This document shows, piece by piece, positions 28,024 through 41,457 of a DNA stretch of 64,000 nucleotides. Below the pieces are notes generated by a model. The model had not been told where the DNA came from and did no database searches. It worked only from the letters and a program-made list of their open reading frames with translations. Source of the stretch: the human T2T-CHM13v2.0 reference genome, Homo sapiens; the NCBI RefSeq assembly GCF_009914755.1, contig NC_060936.1; one strand, given 5' to 3'. Every line of letters starts with the position of its first letter. Within the stretch, counting starts at the first letter, position 1. Made by a program: the position numbers and the translations under genes.

Positions 28024-28649
28024 TGCGGATCCTAAGATCCTTAGGACCCACCTGGAGGACTGTGGGTATTAGGTGTCCAAGAAGAAAGCTCAGATCTGCC
28101 GACGGCAGGTACCTTACTTGGGATTTTCTATACGACAGGGGTCCGAACGCAGCCCGGGATCAGAAAGAAAGCAGGTCGTTTGCAATCTACCGGAGCCTAA
28201 GGGCAGAAGGCAGGTTAGAGAATTCTTAGGAGCTGTGGGGTTTTGTAGACTGTGGATTCCAAACTTTGCAGTATTAGCCAAGCCTTTGTATGAGGTCACA
28301 AAGGGGGTGGGGACCGGAAAGCTTTCCAATGGGGATCCCAACAACAGGAAGGCTTTCATGAGTTAAAGGAAAAACTTCTGGCAGCCCCAGCCCTGGGGCT
28401 ACCCGATGTGACAAAGCCTTTTCCATTGTATGCTTCAGAGAGAGAAAAGATGGCAGCTGGACTTTTAACCCAAACTGTGGGGACCTGGCTGAGGCCAGTG
28501 GCCTACGTCTCTAAACAACTAGACAGGGTTTCTAAAAGATGGCCCCCCTGTTGGAGGGCCTTGGCAGCAACTACCCTGCTAGTACTAGAAGCAAATAAGC
28601 TGACTCTTGGGCAAAACCTGAACATAAAGGCCCCCCATGCTGTGGTGAC
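28024..28649 (+). mobile_element. Class I (gammaretrovirus-like) HERV pol fragment, RT thumb/connection region, frameshifted; probably HERV-T/S71
   Basis: SKKKAQICRRQVPYLGF, RQVREFLGAVGFCRLWIPNFA, TKPFPLY..RPVAYVSKQLD..WPPC..KLTLGQ..APHAV parallel MLV RT. Confidence 0.9.
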
Positions 28650-28689
28650 TGAGAGCCAGCCCCTCTTCCCCCCCTGGCTCTTAGGATCC

Positions 28690-29325
28690 ACGGTGGACTC
28701 ACAGCCTGTTTACCATATTGTGAGTAATATCATCTCCCCCTCTGGAGACCTCCGGAGATTATGAACTGTTTCACAGACGGGTGTACACCCTCAGTGTACA
28801 GAGGGCGTACACCCATCTGTATTGGGAGTAATATCATCCTCTTCCTCCCTGAATATTAAGAACAGTATCACAGGGGTGTTTCTACTCCCTGCGATATCGC
28901 GTGTCATATCCTCCTCTCCCACCTTGCAATTAGAAACAATATCAGTGGGGGCGTGTCCACCTTCTGTCATATTGAAAGTAATATCATTTTCTTCCCTCCA
29001 GGACCGTGGGAACAATATGCCAGGGGGATTTCCACTTTCTGCCATATATGTAGTCACATCACCCACTCTGCCTTGGAATATTATTAAGGACCATCTAACA
29101 CGAGGGTGTATACGTCCTGCAATACTACGAGTAATATCAACTTCTTGGCCTCTGAATATGAGGAAGAATATCACAGGGTGGGTGTACACCTCGTGCTCTA
29201 TTATGCGGAGTCATATCTGTCTATTATGGGGAGTAATATCATTCTCTCCCTTTCAGGATATTAATAACAATTTCACAGGCTGGGTGAACACAGCCGGCAA
29301 TGCTGAAATTATTATCAACCTCTCC
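28690..29325. repeat. AT-rich SATR1/SATR2-type satellite
   Basis: Recurrent gggtgtacaccc, gggagtaatatcat and aatatcacaggg motifs at roughly 75-bp spacing. Confidence 0.8.
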
Positions 29326-29414
29326 CCATCTTCCCCTCCTGGCTCTTAGGACCCCCATCGCAGGGGGCTGAGGCACCCCCCGCGAGGCGGGGACTGAGTG
29401 CCAGCCCCTCTTCC

Positions 29415-29538
29415 CTAGCCCCTTCGTCAGGGCTGAGAGAATTTTGAGCGCTAGCCGTCTCTCGATCGCTGGCTAATAAAGAACTCCTGAATTAGTCTCA
29501 AAGTGTAGCGTTCCTCTATTACCCGCTTGGTTACAACA
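29415..29538 (+). mobile_element. 3' end (R/U5) of an ERV1 LTR, LTR6-like (HERV-T/S71)
   Basis: AATAAA at 29475-29480; ends ...ggttacaaCA; no primer-binding site follows; family assigned from memory. Confidence 0.7.
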
Positions 29539-30576
29539 GCTTTATATTAATAATTGTAGTAATAAAGTTGATCGCACATAGGATGGAGGAGGCACCTGCC
29601 TGGTGAGATGAGACAATGGTCGGATTCACTGAGGCTCCTGCGTGTCCCGGATTTCCCGCTGGGGGAGGGTGTTCTGCTCAGCGGTTCCCACACCTGCTTC
29701 CATGGGAGAAGCAAGAAGAAGTCAGAAGGGTGGGCGAAGGAGTCAGAAGCTTCTATTATTGGTTCGGGGAGATGCTGTGTCGGGGGCATCAATTATATGG
29801 GGAACCAACCAGTTGCCAACTCCTGACCCTTGGAGTTGACCCCACACCGCTTAAACCTCTGCGCTGGTTCCCGGGGGCCCACAGTGAGGTCTGTAACTCG
29901 GGGAGAGGCGCTGGAGCGGGGTGTGGGAGAATGGTGTGCAGGACGGGCTCCATGCACTTTGAAATTATAAACTGCCTTATGAGACAGGGGTACGGTGTGT
30001 GTGCATTTTCCTGGGAGAGTCCATAGTTTTTACCACATTGTGTAAAGCTATGCTGTGCAGTAGAAATATTACGCCATACACAATACATATGTACAGTTTT
30101 AGTTGTCAAAGAAACTGAAAGAAGATCTTGATGAACACGGATGGCATAGATGTGAGGAAAGCACCATTATTAAAGAATATTTATGCATTTATGTAATGCA
30201 TTAAAAGGTAACAAAATGGATAAGCAGGTAACACAATAGCAAAGACCTAGAGTCAATTGCAGTCATCCACTGGGGAACTGAGGAGTCAGGGTTTCTCATT
30301 ACAAAACTCTCTGATGGAAGACTATTACTTATCAACTATTTATTGTCTTTCCACTAAACAAGAAGTGATCGTCATCTTTTCAGATGAGCACCACAGACTT
30401 TGCAAAAGATAATTGCCAATTACCCTTTGTACCTGGATTTTCTCATTCCTAAAAATAGTACTACATGACTCCAAAGTTTGTTGTGAAGTTAATTGGGGTG
30501 GTGTATCCTAAAGTAACAAAAATGTTGACCATACAGGAGGGGGTGGTTAGTGTTAAGACTCTCTGTTTTTCTGTCT

Positions 30577-30580
<4 letters not shown>

Positions 30581-30649
<69 letters not shown>
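30581..30649. repeat. (AT)n microsatellite, about 34 units
   Basis: Read directly. Confidence 0.97.
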
Positions 30650-30652
<3 letters not shown>

Positions 30653-31247
30653 TAGGTTTACATAAAGACAAAGTATCATGAAAAGGGGTCTTACAATTGG
30701 TAGTACTAAAAAAATGTTTAAACTCCAAGATCTTCAATTTTAATGTATAAAAATAATAAAACATACTGATAAATAACAAAAGTTCTATAGTCAGACAACA
30801 TAGGTCCAAGTTTGGGCTTGATCTCAACTAGGGTTTCAATGCTGAAAAAAATGTCATGTGGTCTTTCCAACTTCATTTCCTTACCTAACATTGGAGATAA
30901 TAAATTCACTGTTATTAAGTGTTAAATGAGATTATTCTTAAGAAGGTGTTAGAATGGTTCTAACATACATAGGTGTTATGAGCTAATATTTGTAGTACCA
31001 TTGTAGCATAAGGAAATACCATCTGCTGAGAGAGGCACAATAATGATTATCTTCATGATAATAGTTTAAGAGCTACCAGATACAGAATGAAGGGGCCATA
31101 AAATGATAATGTTATGAATGATTTTGATGCTTACGCCAGAATCCATTCTAGGATAGCTCCTGCCTGAAAAGAACTGGGATTCATTTCTTTGGAATCATGG
31201 GACACTGAGTGTGGCAAAAAGAAAACAAAAGAAAAATATGGAAATCA

Positions 31248-31800
<553 letters not shown>

Positions 31801-31994
31801 TCTAAGGATTTCATTCCTGGTTCAAAACCAGACTCCTAGCCTTGGTTTTGGGTGTTTTTCACAAACTGGCCTCTCTTTATCATTCTTTTTCCTGGTACTT
31901 CCTCAAGGATGACTGTGTCCCCACCACTCAAGACCACCTGCTGTTTCACCACATACCTTTGTTCAAGCTGTTCCTTTTACCTGGGATGCTCTCG

Positions 31995-32275
31995 TTTTGT
32001 TTTTTTGAGACAGGGTCTCACTGTGTTGCCCAGGCTGGAGTACAGTGACATGATCATGGCTCACTGCAGCCTCCACTGACCACCTGGAGCTCAGATGATC
32101 CTCCCACCTCAGCCCTCCCTAGCAGCTGGGACTACAGGCCTGCACCACCACACCCAGCTAATTTAAAATATATATATTTGTTGGTAGAGACAGGAGTCTA
32201 TGTTGACCAGGCTTGATTCTTCCACCACGGCCACCCAAACTTCTGGGATTATAGGTGTGAGCCACTGCTCCCCAC
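31995..32275 (-). mobile_element. Alu (J-like)
   Basis: Diverged Alu consensus. Confidence 0.8.
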
Positions 32276-35200
32276 CTGGAATGCTGTCTCTGCACCTTCT
32301 CCCTGGGCCTGGTAGAGAGGCACACATTCTGCTGAGAGGTTTTTCCTGACTTCCCTAACCCTAGAAGGGCTTTCTTCCTCCTTAGCATTGTACTCATGGC
32401 TGGATTAGAGTTTAACTGTTTTTGACGCTGTTTTCCTGGCTGTTGCATAGTGTCTTATTCGTCTTTGTCGTGATAATGGTCTGCACTGAATAGATGATCA
32501 GTAGATGTTTGTAGACAGAATGAATAAACCACTAATCAGCCTCTTAGTGCTTGAATGGACTTGCTACTTCCTTGTTTAGATTCGTGTCTGTACAATCCTC
32601 TCATGTGGATAGTACAGTAAACACAGACACCCTCAGATGTGGTAACAAGGAATTCATCTTAAAATGTGTACAGAAAGTTTTACATCTTTATCCTCCTCCT
32701 GATCTTACAGGTGGGAGAACTGAGGCACAGGACTGAGTTAAGATGGCCAGCAAATTTGCATGAGTATAAATACAAAGAAGGAGAGGGGAGGAACATTTTT
32801 GAAAGGTGTGGGTGGTCTCACACGATTGGTTCCTCAGATGGTTGGAGATCAGTTGGCCGTGCCTTGGTTATGTGACAGGATAGAGGAGAAGTGGGAGGTG
32901 AGGAGTAGCTCCTGGGTCCTCATGAGTATTCGAGGCAGGTTCAGGTCTGAGAAGCAGAGGATATCCTTCCTGGAAGCCTGAGTTAGGAGGAGGAACTCAC
33001 TGCTGGAGAAAAAGGTGAAAAGGAAAGAGACATCTCAGATCATGGGAAGTGCTGGCCTGAGGAGGCAAGGAGAGAACCATCAGGGTAGAAGAAGGGGCTG
33101 AGGAAGCTGGCAGGGGGAGCAGAGGAGTAGGTGCCAGCATGGTGAAGAGGTGCAGTGCATTATGTGTGATACACACATTATTATTATTGGGAATAACCGT
33201 GTATCAGAGTGCAGTTCTCAGCCTGGAGAATGGGAAATGGAAAGGACCAGAGATTCAGAGAAGGCAGTTTACCCAAGGTCACACAGCCCTTTAAGGCCAA
33301 GTACAGCCTCCGAGGCATTTCTTGCCACACTCACCCAGGCCCACCCACACCTCTGTTGCAATGGAGGGCCCCACTACCCAGGAGAGCAGGTCTAGGGCAC
33401 AGTGCCAGGCCGGATGAATGTCCCTCATGCCCTTTTCAAACAACAGGCTATGATTAGGCCTAATTATAGGGGCCTGGTCCCTTAATATTCTTCCTGGCAT
33501 GTCTCTTGCCAATCAAATCAGTGCCATCTGCAGTGTGATTCCTGCTTTAGTGGCATCGGGAGAAGAGTTAATTCAACCCAATATAAACAGACTGTGCCCT
33601 CACCTTGCAATTCGAGTATTTTTCCCTCCTGTCCTGCACCCCAACATGCACCTCCTTCCTTCTGGCTCCCTAAGCTCTAGCCTGGGTGAGCAGGGCCTGG
33701 ACACTCCTATACCTAGAGTCACTAGCCACTGCCCAGTCTGTCTAGGACGCAGGCCTCGAATTCCTCAGGGTTAGAGTGGGAAGAACCCACGTGTGCACAT
33801 TTGCTTTTCCAACCTGGGCACCATTTGGCAGTTGATTCGGGCAATTCTCTCACCACCACCACCCTGCCCATGTACCTGTTTCCAGCCTCTGTTTCCCTCT
33901 TCAGCCAGGGATCCTTTCTTGTGTTTCCAAGGTGGAGAGCTGAACTGAGATCATGTATGGACAGGGTGCTCGGCAGGTACCCAGCACCTTAGTACCAATT
34001 CCCCAGTCCCTGGTCCTGCCGTCTCCCTCCCTCATTCATTCAGCAGGCATCGGCAGAATCCCATCTCCTATGAGCTCCTGACCTCCTACCAAATGCTCTG
34101 CTGCCACCTACCCCCACCTGATCAGAGGGCCACCCCCTGTACTGGGAAGTCCTCTCTCCAGTCCCTGCAACACAACCTCTGGGAGCAGCCCCTTTGGGGA
34201 TTCTTGGTCCTGGAGGACCCAGCTGTCTTCCCTGGGTGGAAGGGGCCAAGGGGAGAGCCCAACTTGGAAGCTTTCGCTCCTGAGAGCCGGAGAGCTCACT
34301 CCCTTCCACCCCACCTAGCCTCCTGGTTTCCTGTGGTGGCTCTGCTCTCCCAATTCATGCTCTTCCTCCCACGAGGCAGAGAGGGGCGGGGGGCGGGGGG
34401 CGGGGGGCGGGGGGTGGGGGGCGGGGATGGGGGAGGTTAGTCCTTCACTGTTTCCTGCAGCCAGAAAATATTTACCCAACAGTGCCTGTGTGCAAGGCAC
34501 TGAGCAAATCACTATAGATCCAGTGATGAATAAGGCAGCGTCCTTGTCCAACTGGTGTATACACTCTGGCAGGAGAGACAGACCTAAATAACCAATTAAT
34601 GATCAGTTATTTAATTACAGTTGTGGTAAGGCCTATTTATAGTATTTTGTAATCACTAATCTTCATGTATCATGGAGCTTGCTCCACCATTGATCTGAGT
34701 GTGTTAACTCATTTAATCCTTGCCACATTTTATGAGGAGGCGCTGCTGTTATCCATTTTATAGATGAGGAAACTGAGGCACAGAAAGACAGAGATCTGGC
34801 CGAGTGCCAAAGCCAGGGTTCAAAGCCAGGGATCGTGGCCCTGGGTTCTGTGGGTTATCACCGCCTCTGCGGAGGGGAGATGAGGTGCTGCGAGGCTCAT
34901 CATGGGGGGCCTGGCTTGGTCTCAGGGGTCAGGGAAGACGGATGTGAGGAAATAGCATTTGTGGTAAAACCTGAGGGTGAGTGGGTAGGTCAGGGAGAAC
35001 ATTCCAGAAAGAAGTAAGCACATGAGCTACAGCCCTGAGGTGGAGGACCTGAAAGGAGGCCAGTGTGGCTGCAGCGCAGGCCGTTGAGGGAGCCGAGCTG
35101 GAGGGCTGCGGTTCTTGTATCGGCAGTGCTGACCCCGCAGTCCTTGGGCTCCAGTGACTTTTCGCTCAGTGTTTATCTAACTCGAGTGAGCGAATGGTGT

Positions 35201-35623
35201 TTGCTGTTTCCTGCAAAAGTCCCAGGGGTTGTTGGGTACACAGGTCCTGTCTTTGGCCACAAGCAACCTGAAATGAGGCTTGGTCTTCTTCCCAGGACCC
35301 CGGGCTGTGCCTCACTTGGGGGACCCCAGCATGAAGTATGTGACTGCCTGACTCAGGCCCCTCTCCAGGTCCAAGTCACCCCCACCCGGCCCCATCCCTG
35401 GTTGTTGCCAGACCTGGAGTCCCTGCTCCTTCACTGGTGCAGCCTCCTCTTCTGTCACCAACTACAGTCAGGAGGTGACAGGGATGAGGCTGCAGTCAGG
35501 GGATTTGCAGGCACAGAGGGTTGGGTGAGACAAAGAAAACGACAGGACATGGTGACAGATTAGGAACAAGAACGAAGGAAAGGGAGGAGTCAGCCATGAC
35601 TGGGAGTAAGGTGGGAGCATTGA

Positions 35624-36348
<725 letters not shown>

Positions 36349-36408
36349 TAGGCCAGCTGCTGGTCCAACTCCGAAATCCACCACCCCTCAGCCACCCAGC
36401 CCTCCCAG

Positions 36409-38500
36409 GAGAAGCTGAAGTCCTTTCCTGTGTGTGTGAGCGCCAAGCTGGAGCCCAAGGATGACATGGAGGAGGCGCTTGGGGGGTCTCCCCAAGTCTC
36501 CATGCTGCTCGTCAACATCAGAGAGATCCTTTGTAGCAGAAAATGGAGTCGCAGGGTGTGGGTGCAAGACTCAGCCTGACTTAATGGGGTCCCAGGGCAT
36601 CACACTCAGGTGCAGCACAGAGGCGGGAGCCAGAAGGTGACCAGGGTGGCTTGGCTCGGTGGCCTGGGACCCCTCAGTGCAGTGTCCCTGATGACATGGG
36701 AGAGGTAGGTCAGGAACATGGTCCCAGGACAGCAGGTGCTGGCTTGCCTGACCTCCACGTTGCCCCTGTAGATACAAGAAGTCTGTCTTCCCGGACCAAC
36801 TGGTTGGTGCTGTAACAAAGAGCCATGTGATGCTGGGGGCAGAGACAGAGAAGAAACTGTTCAGTGCCCCTTGTCCATCAATGAGAGAGCAGCTGGAGCA
36901 GCAGGTGGACAGGGAGGGGGAGGGGCAGGGGCAGGGGCAGGGGCTGGGGGCCTTGCCAGGCTCCTCTCTAGGAGAGGCTCTATTGAACCCCTTATGCCAC
37001 CACAGCTGTGCAGGGTGCACATGAGGTCTCGCTAGCTGCTCCTGCAGGTCCCTGTCACCTCTCACATGTCCCTACCTAATCCCGTGTGTCCCGGAGAACT
37101 ACTTCTACACGCCAGACCTGGGCCAAGTCCCCAAGGTCGATGTGCCATCCTACCTGACCTGCCTGGCAGACCTCAAGTATGGTGCCAGCCTGGGCCCCAG
37201 CATCACCCACTCTGCCCTGGCACCAGGCTCAAGTCTCTCAAGCCCAGTGAGCTGGGTGTTAGGATGGCAGCCAGGCTCCCTACTCAGTCACCTCCTTCCC
37301 TAGGCACCCCACACTTTCTCCCATTTCCACTTCCGACCTATACGATGGCATGTTAACAGCACCCCAACCTCCCCAAGCTGCTGCGGTGCTGGTCAGTGCA
37401 CCCTCATCCCCACCCCAGGCCCTGCCCACTGCAGTCCAAGGTGCCGGGCAGGATGACAGCAGCAGCATCCCCTTCAGGAGGGAGCCGCTCTCTGAGGCCA
37501 CCTCAGTCTCATTTCTGGATCCCTGGCAGATTTTCTGTGGGGTTGTTAGCTGGTCAGAAATCCCTTATTTTTTTTAATAGTTGTCATTTCTTGTTCTACT
37601 TGGCTCATAAAATAGTGGTTTTCAAACTGTAGCGCACTGGAATTCTCACCTCTACGGTAGAGGGAGCCTGGACAAGGGTGGCCCTGGGGCCCCCATTCCT
37701 AAACCAAGGAGAAAAAAGGGTCTAATAACAAAAACACTACAGGGGACAGGAACACGGAGCCGGGGGTCAAATGTGACTGAACCCCACACCCCACTCCGTG
37801 GCTTTCCTATTGCAGTGAGAGCCGTAAGCCAAGGCAGGGAACTGATGTGGGATCTCTTCAACAAGCTGGTCCTGAGACGCAAGGGTAGGAGGCAGGGCCG
37901 CTGTCTGCCATGGGCTGTGGCATCGTTAATTCTCTCTTGCCTTTTTCTTCCTGTGTTTAAGTCTCTGGGGCCTGGGGAAACCAGTGCTCCCCACAGACCT
38001 CCCTCACTCAGCCTTTGCCCTCCAGCCTTTTCACCTCTGGGGCTGGTGAGGGGCCGGGAGGAGAGAGCCCGTATGTCAGACAACAAACCGTGTCTGCTAA
38101 CCCCCAGCAGCCACAGGCAGAGGAAGAAGAGGACAACTGGAAATCCTAGCGGGCGCCGCCATGCCTTCCTCCCCTAAACCCAGACTCCAGCCATGGCCCG
38201 GACGTGGACACAGCCAGAATGGGATCCTCAGCCCTGCTGCCCTGGAGGAAGGGGCGGGGATGGAACTGTCCCAGGTCTGTGTGGAGACCACCTTCGGGGA
38301 GCGGGAGGCTGGCTTGAGGCCACACAGCTGGGGTGGGGGCTTCTGTCTGCCTGTGCTCCATCGGAGGATGGCTCCACCCAGCCCCTGCACCAGTGCGCTC
38401 CTCGATTCCCTAAAGAGGCTTCCAGAGAAAACAGCAGCACATATCAATGAAAAACTCAGCAGAAACCAACAGTACACTTTTAATTAAGGACCTGTAGCTG
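36409..38500 (+). pseudogene. Decayed unprocessed WASH (WASHC1) pseudogene, 3' exons only
   Basis: Exon remnants: 36409-~36531 EKLKSFPVCVS; 36772-36904 [22 protein letters not shown]; ~37088 VPENYFY (acceptor AG lost, frameshifted); ~37353-37478 Pro-rich..QDDSSS; 37816-37884 VRAVSQGRELMWDLFNKLVLRRK; 38026-38149 ..PQQPQAEEEEDNWKS*. Confidence 0.88.
38479..38484 (-). promoter_or_regulatory. ATTAAA polyadenylation signal of the DDX11-like gene
   Basis: tttaat on + strand about 940 nt past the stop, followed on - by GT-rich sequence. Confidence 0.65.
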
Positions 38501-39420
38501 TGCAGGATGCAAACAGCTGGGCATCAGTGACTTTCCTCCTGCCCCCGGTTTGTCCCTGATGGTGGCAGAAGATCCCAGCTGACCACGGCCCCTTTCTCTG
38601 GGGTCAGAGGGAGAAGACAGGCGCAGTCAGCAGGGGCAGCTGTTGCAGGTGGGAGGGATATTTTCCCACAGGAACAAAGGTCTCCATGATGATACGGGGT
38701 CTCTATAGTCATGTTGAGAGCCTAATGGCCCTTGGCATAATTGCTGGTGTCGGGGTAGAAGGTGTCTTGGAGTTTGCTCAAGTGGTTGAGAGGGAGGGAG
38801 GTGCCATAGACTTGGAGGAACTGGCACGAAGCCAAGGATACAAATCCAGGCAGGGCTGTGGGGCAGGATAGAGAGCAGGGCCTTCTACTGAAGGAGTGAC
38901 TCAGGAAGGAGGAGGGGAAGGTAACAAGCCCCTGGGCAGGAGCCCTGTGGCCGTGGGATCATTTTAAATTGAGACCAGAGAGTGAGCAGTCCAGGGCAGC
39001 TATAACCTTGGCTAGAAAGGGCAGAGGCAGATGGGCCTGCTCCATCTCGCCTCTTAAGAAGGTGGGCAGGACGGAGATGCCACAGTGGATGCCACAGCTG
39101 CCACAGCCTCCTGTGGAGACCAAGCAGGAGGCCTGGCTCTCAGCCATGCAGGATGGAAAGAAAGATTCTATTCCAGGAGGGGAGCTGCCCTGGAACGCCC
39201 CAAGGACAGCCAGGACCCACTGTTCATTCAGGATTCCCGCATTTTCTCCTACGGGAGCTAACGCCTGTGCCTGGGTCCTGGCAGCGCTCTGGACTCCACA
39301 CTCTCCTCCTGGGTTTCACCTTTGTAACAGGATCCCTGCAGACCACGCCCACGACAAACACTGTCTCCAGAGGGCAGGACAAAGGAAGGGCACGGCGCCG
39401 GGCGGTGGTGTGGTTGCCCA

Positions 39421-39450
39421 TCAGGAAGAGGCCGACTTCTCCCGGTGAAA
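39421..39450 (-). CDS. DDX12P: DDX11-like exon 27 coding part (FHREKSASS*)
   Basis: cag|TTTCAC, TGA at 39421-39423. Confidence 0.95.
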   Translation of the reverse strand, partial: FHREKSASS

Positions 39451-39525
39451 CTGGGCAGACAGAAGGCAGTGAGAAATGTGATCTCGGGGTTGGGAGGCTC
39501 TCAGAAAGAAAAAGGTAGGACTGAC

Positions 39526-39680
39526 CTTCTGCACAGCAGCAATGGCGGGGCCAAAGGTAGCTTTGACCTCCACGCGGGCTCGGATCCAGGCCGGCAGCTT
39601 GGCCAGGACAGGGGGCCGGGCGTATCGCTGGTCCAGGAGCACTATGCTGGCAAAATCCTTCTGGTGCCTGATGGCCCTGC
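39526..39680 (-). CDS. DDX12P: DDX11-like exon 26 (RAIRHQKD...AAVQK), 155 nt
   Basis: Motif VI GRAIRH; AAG|gtcag donor. Confidence 0.95.
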
Positions 39681-39773
39681 CTGCATAGGAACAGAGGCTG
39701 GGGCTCCGAGCAACACCTGCCTCCCCCTACAGCACATTCCCATGGCGACCCCCACTCACCTTCCTCAGACTTA

Positions 39774-40073
<300 letters not shown>

Positions 40074-40200
40074 TCACAGGGAAGATCAAGAGGGTGTGGA
40101 GGGGCATCCAAGCTTCCGGAGGGGGCAGGAGACACCAGCGCAGTGGGGAAGGCCTGGCTGTATCAGCCCTGGGGGTGATGCCACTCCCACCCACTGCCTA

Positions 40201-40401
<201 letters not shown>

Positions 40402-40730
40402 CTACCCCTTCCGTCAGCCCTCTCCGACTGTGATCAAAACTCAGCCTCTCTCCACTCTGTACCTACCACCTGGAGAGGGCTTGTAAGGCTGAGAGATCCC
40501 GTCTAGGCCAATTGATTGGGTCCTGATACAGCAATGGCCAACCTAAAATCCAACTGCTCTCCCAGGGCCAAACCCAGAGCTGCTGAGCCCCTCCCTCCAG
40601 CTGGCTGGTCTGAGCAGTCGCAGCCCAGCTGTGGGCTCTAATGGCAGCAGACAGCAGGCAGGGGCCCAGCTGCTGGGAATGAGGGTCGGCCATGTATCAC
40701 GGCCCAGGAGATGAGCAGAACCACTACTTA

Positions 40731-41016
<286 letters not shown>

Positions 41017-41152
41017 CTGAGAAAGACAGAGGACACTTCCCAGAGACAGGTTCAGGGTGCCAGGTCTCGGGTCTGCTCGTGGCCTTGTGTTTTCTGGCCA
41101 GGGGACTGGAGAACCTCACAGCCAGGGACTTTGGGGAAATCCTCTGTAGTCA

Positions 41153-41425
<273 letters not shown>

Positions 41426-41429
41426 CTAA

Positions 41430-41457
41430 GGAAGGAAGGAAGGAAGGAAGGAAGGAA
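41430..41457. repeat. (GGAA)7 microsatellite at the exon 21 acceptor
   Basis: Read directly. Confidence 0.95.

Larger units (their letters stand above)
23210..28025. repeat. GC-rich ~76-80 bp tandem satellite/VNTR (consensus ggctcttaggacccccatcgcagggggggaggcaccccccgcgaggcggggactgagagccagcccctcttccccccct)
   Basis: Dozens of directly readable diverged units; source of the repetitive ORFs in all six frames. Confidence 0.95.

Noticed and set aside
23210-28025. CRISPR-like or SVA VNTR interpretation of the array
   Set aside because: There are no unique spacers or cas genes and the DNA is human; there is no (CCCTCT)n hexamer, Alu-like region or SINE-R as in SVA.
23600-28050. Long Pro/Gly/Arg-rich ORFs up to 424 aa on both strands
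   Set aside because: They are open in several frames only because the GC-rich repeat lacks stops; there is no splice or codon evidence of a gene.
28073-28764. Functional retroviral reverse transcriptase
   Set aside because: It is a fragment only, frameshifted, with no YxDD, gag, env or 5' LTR.
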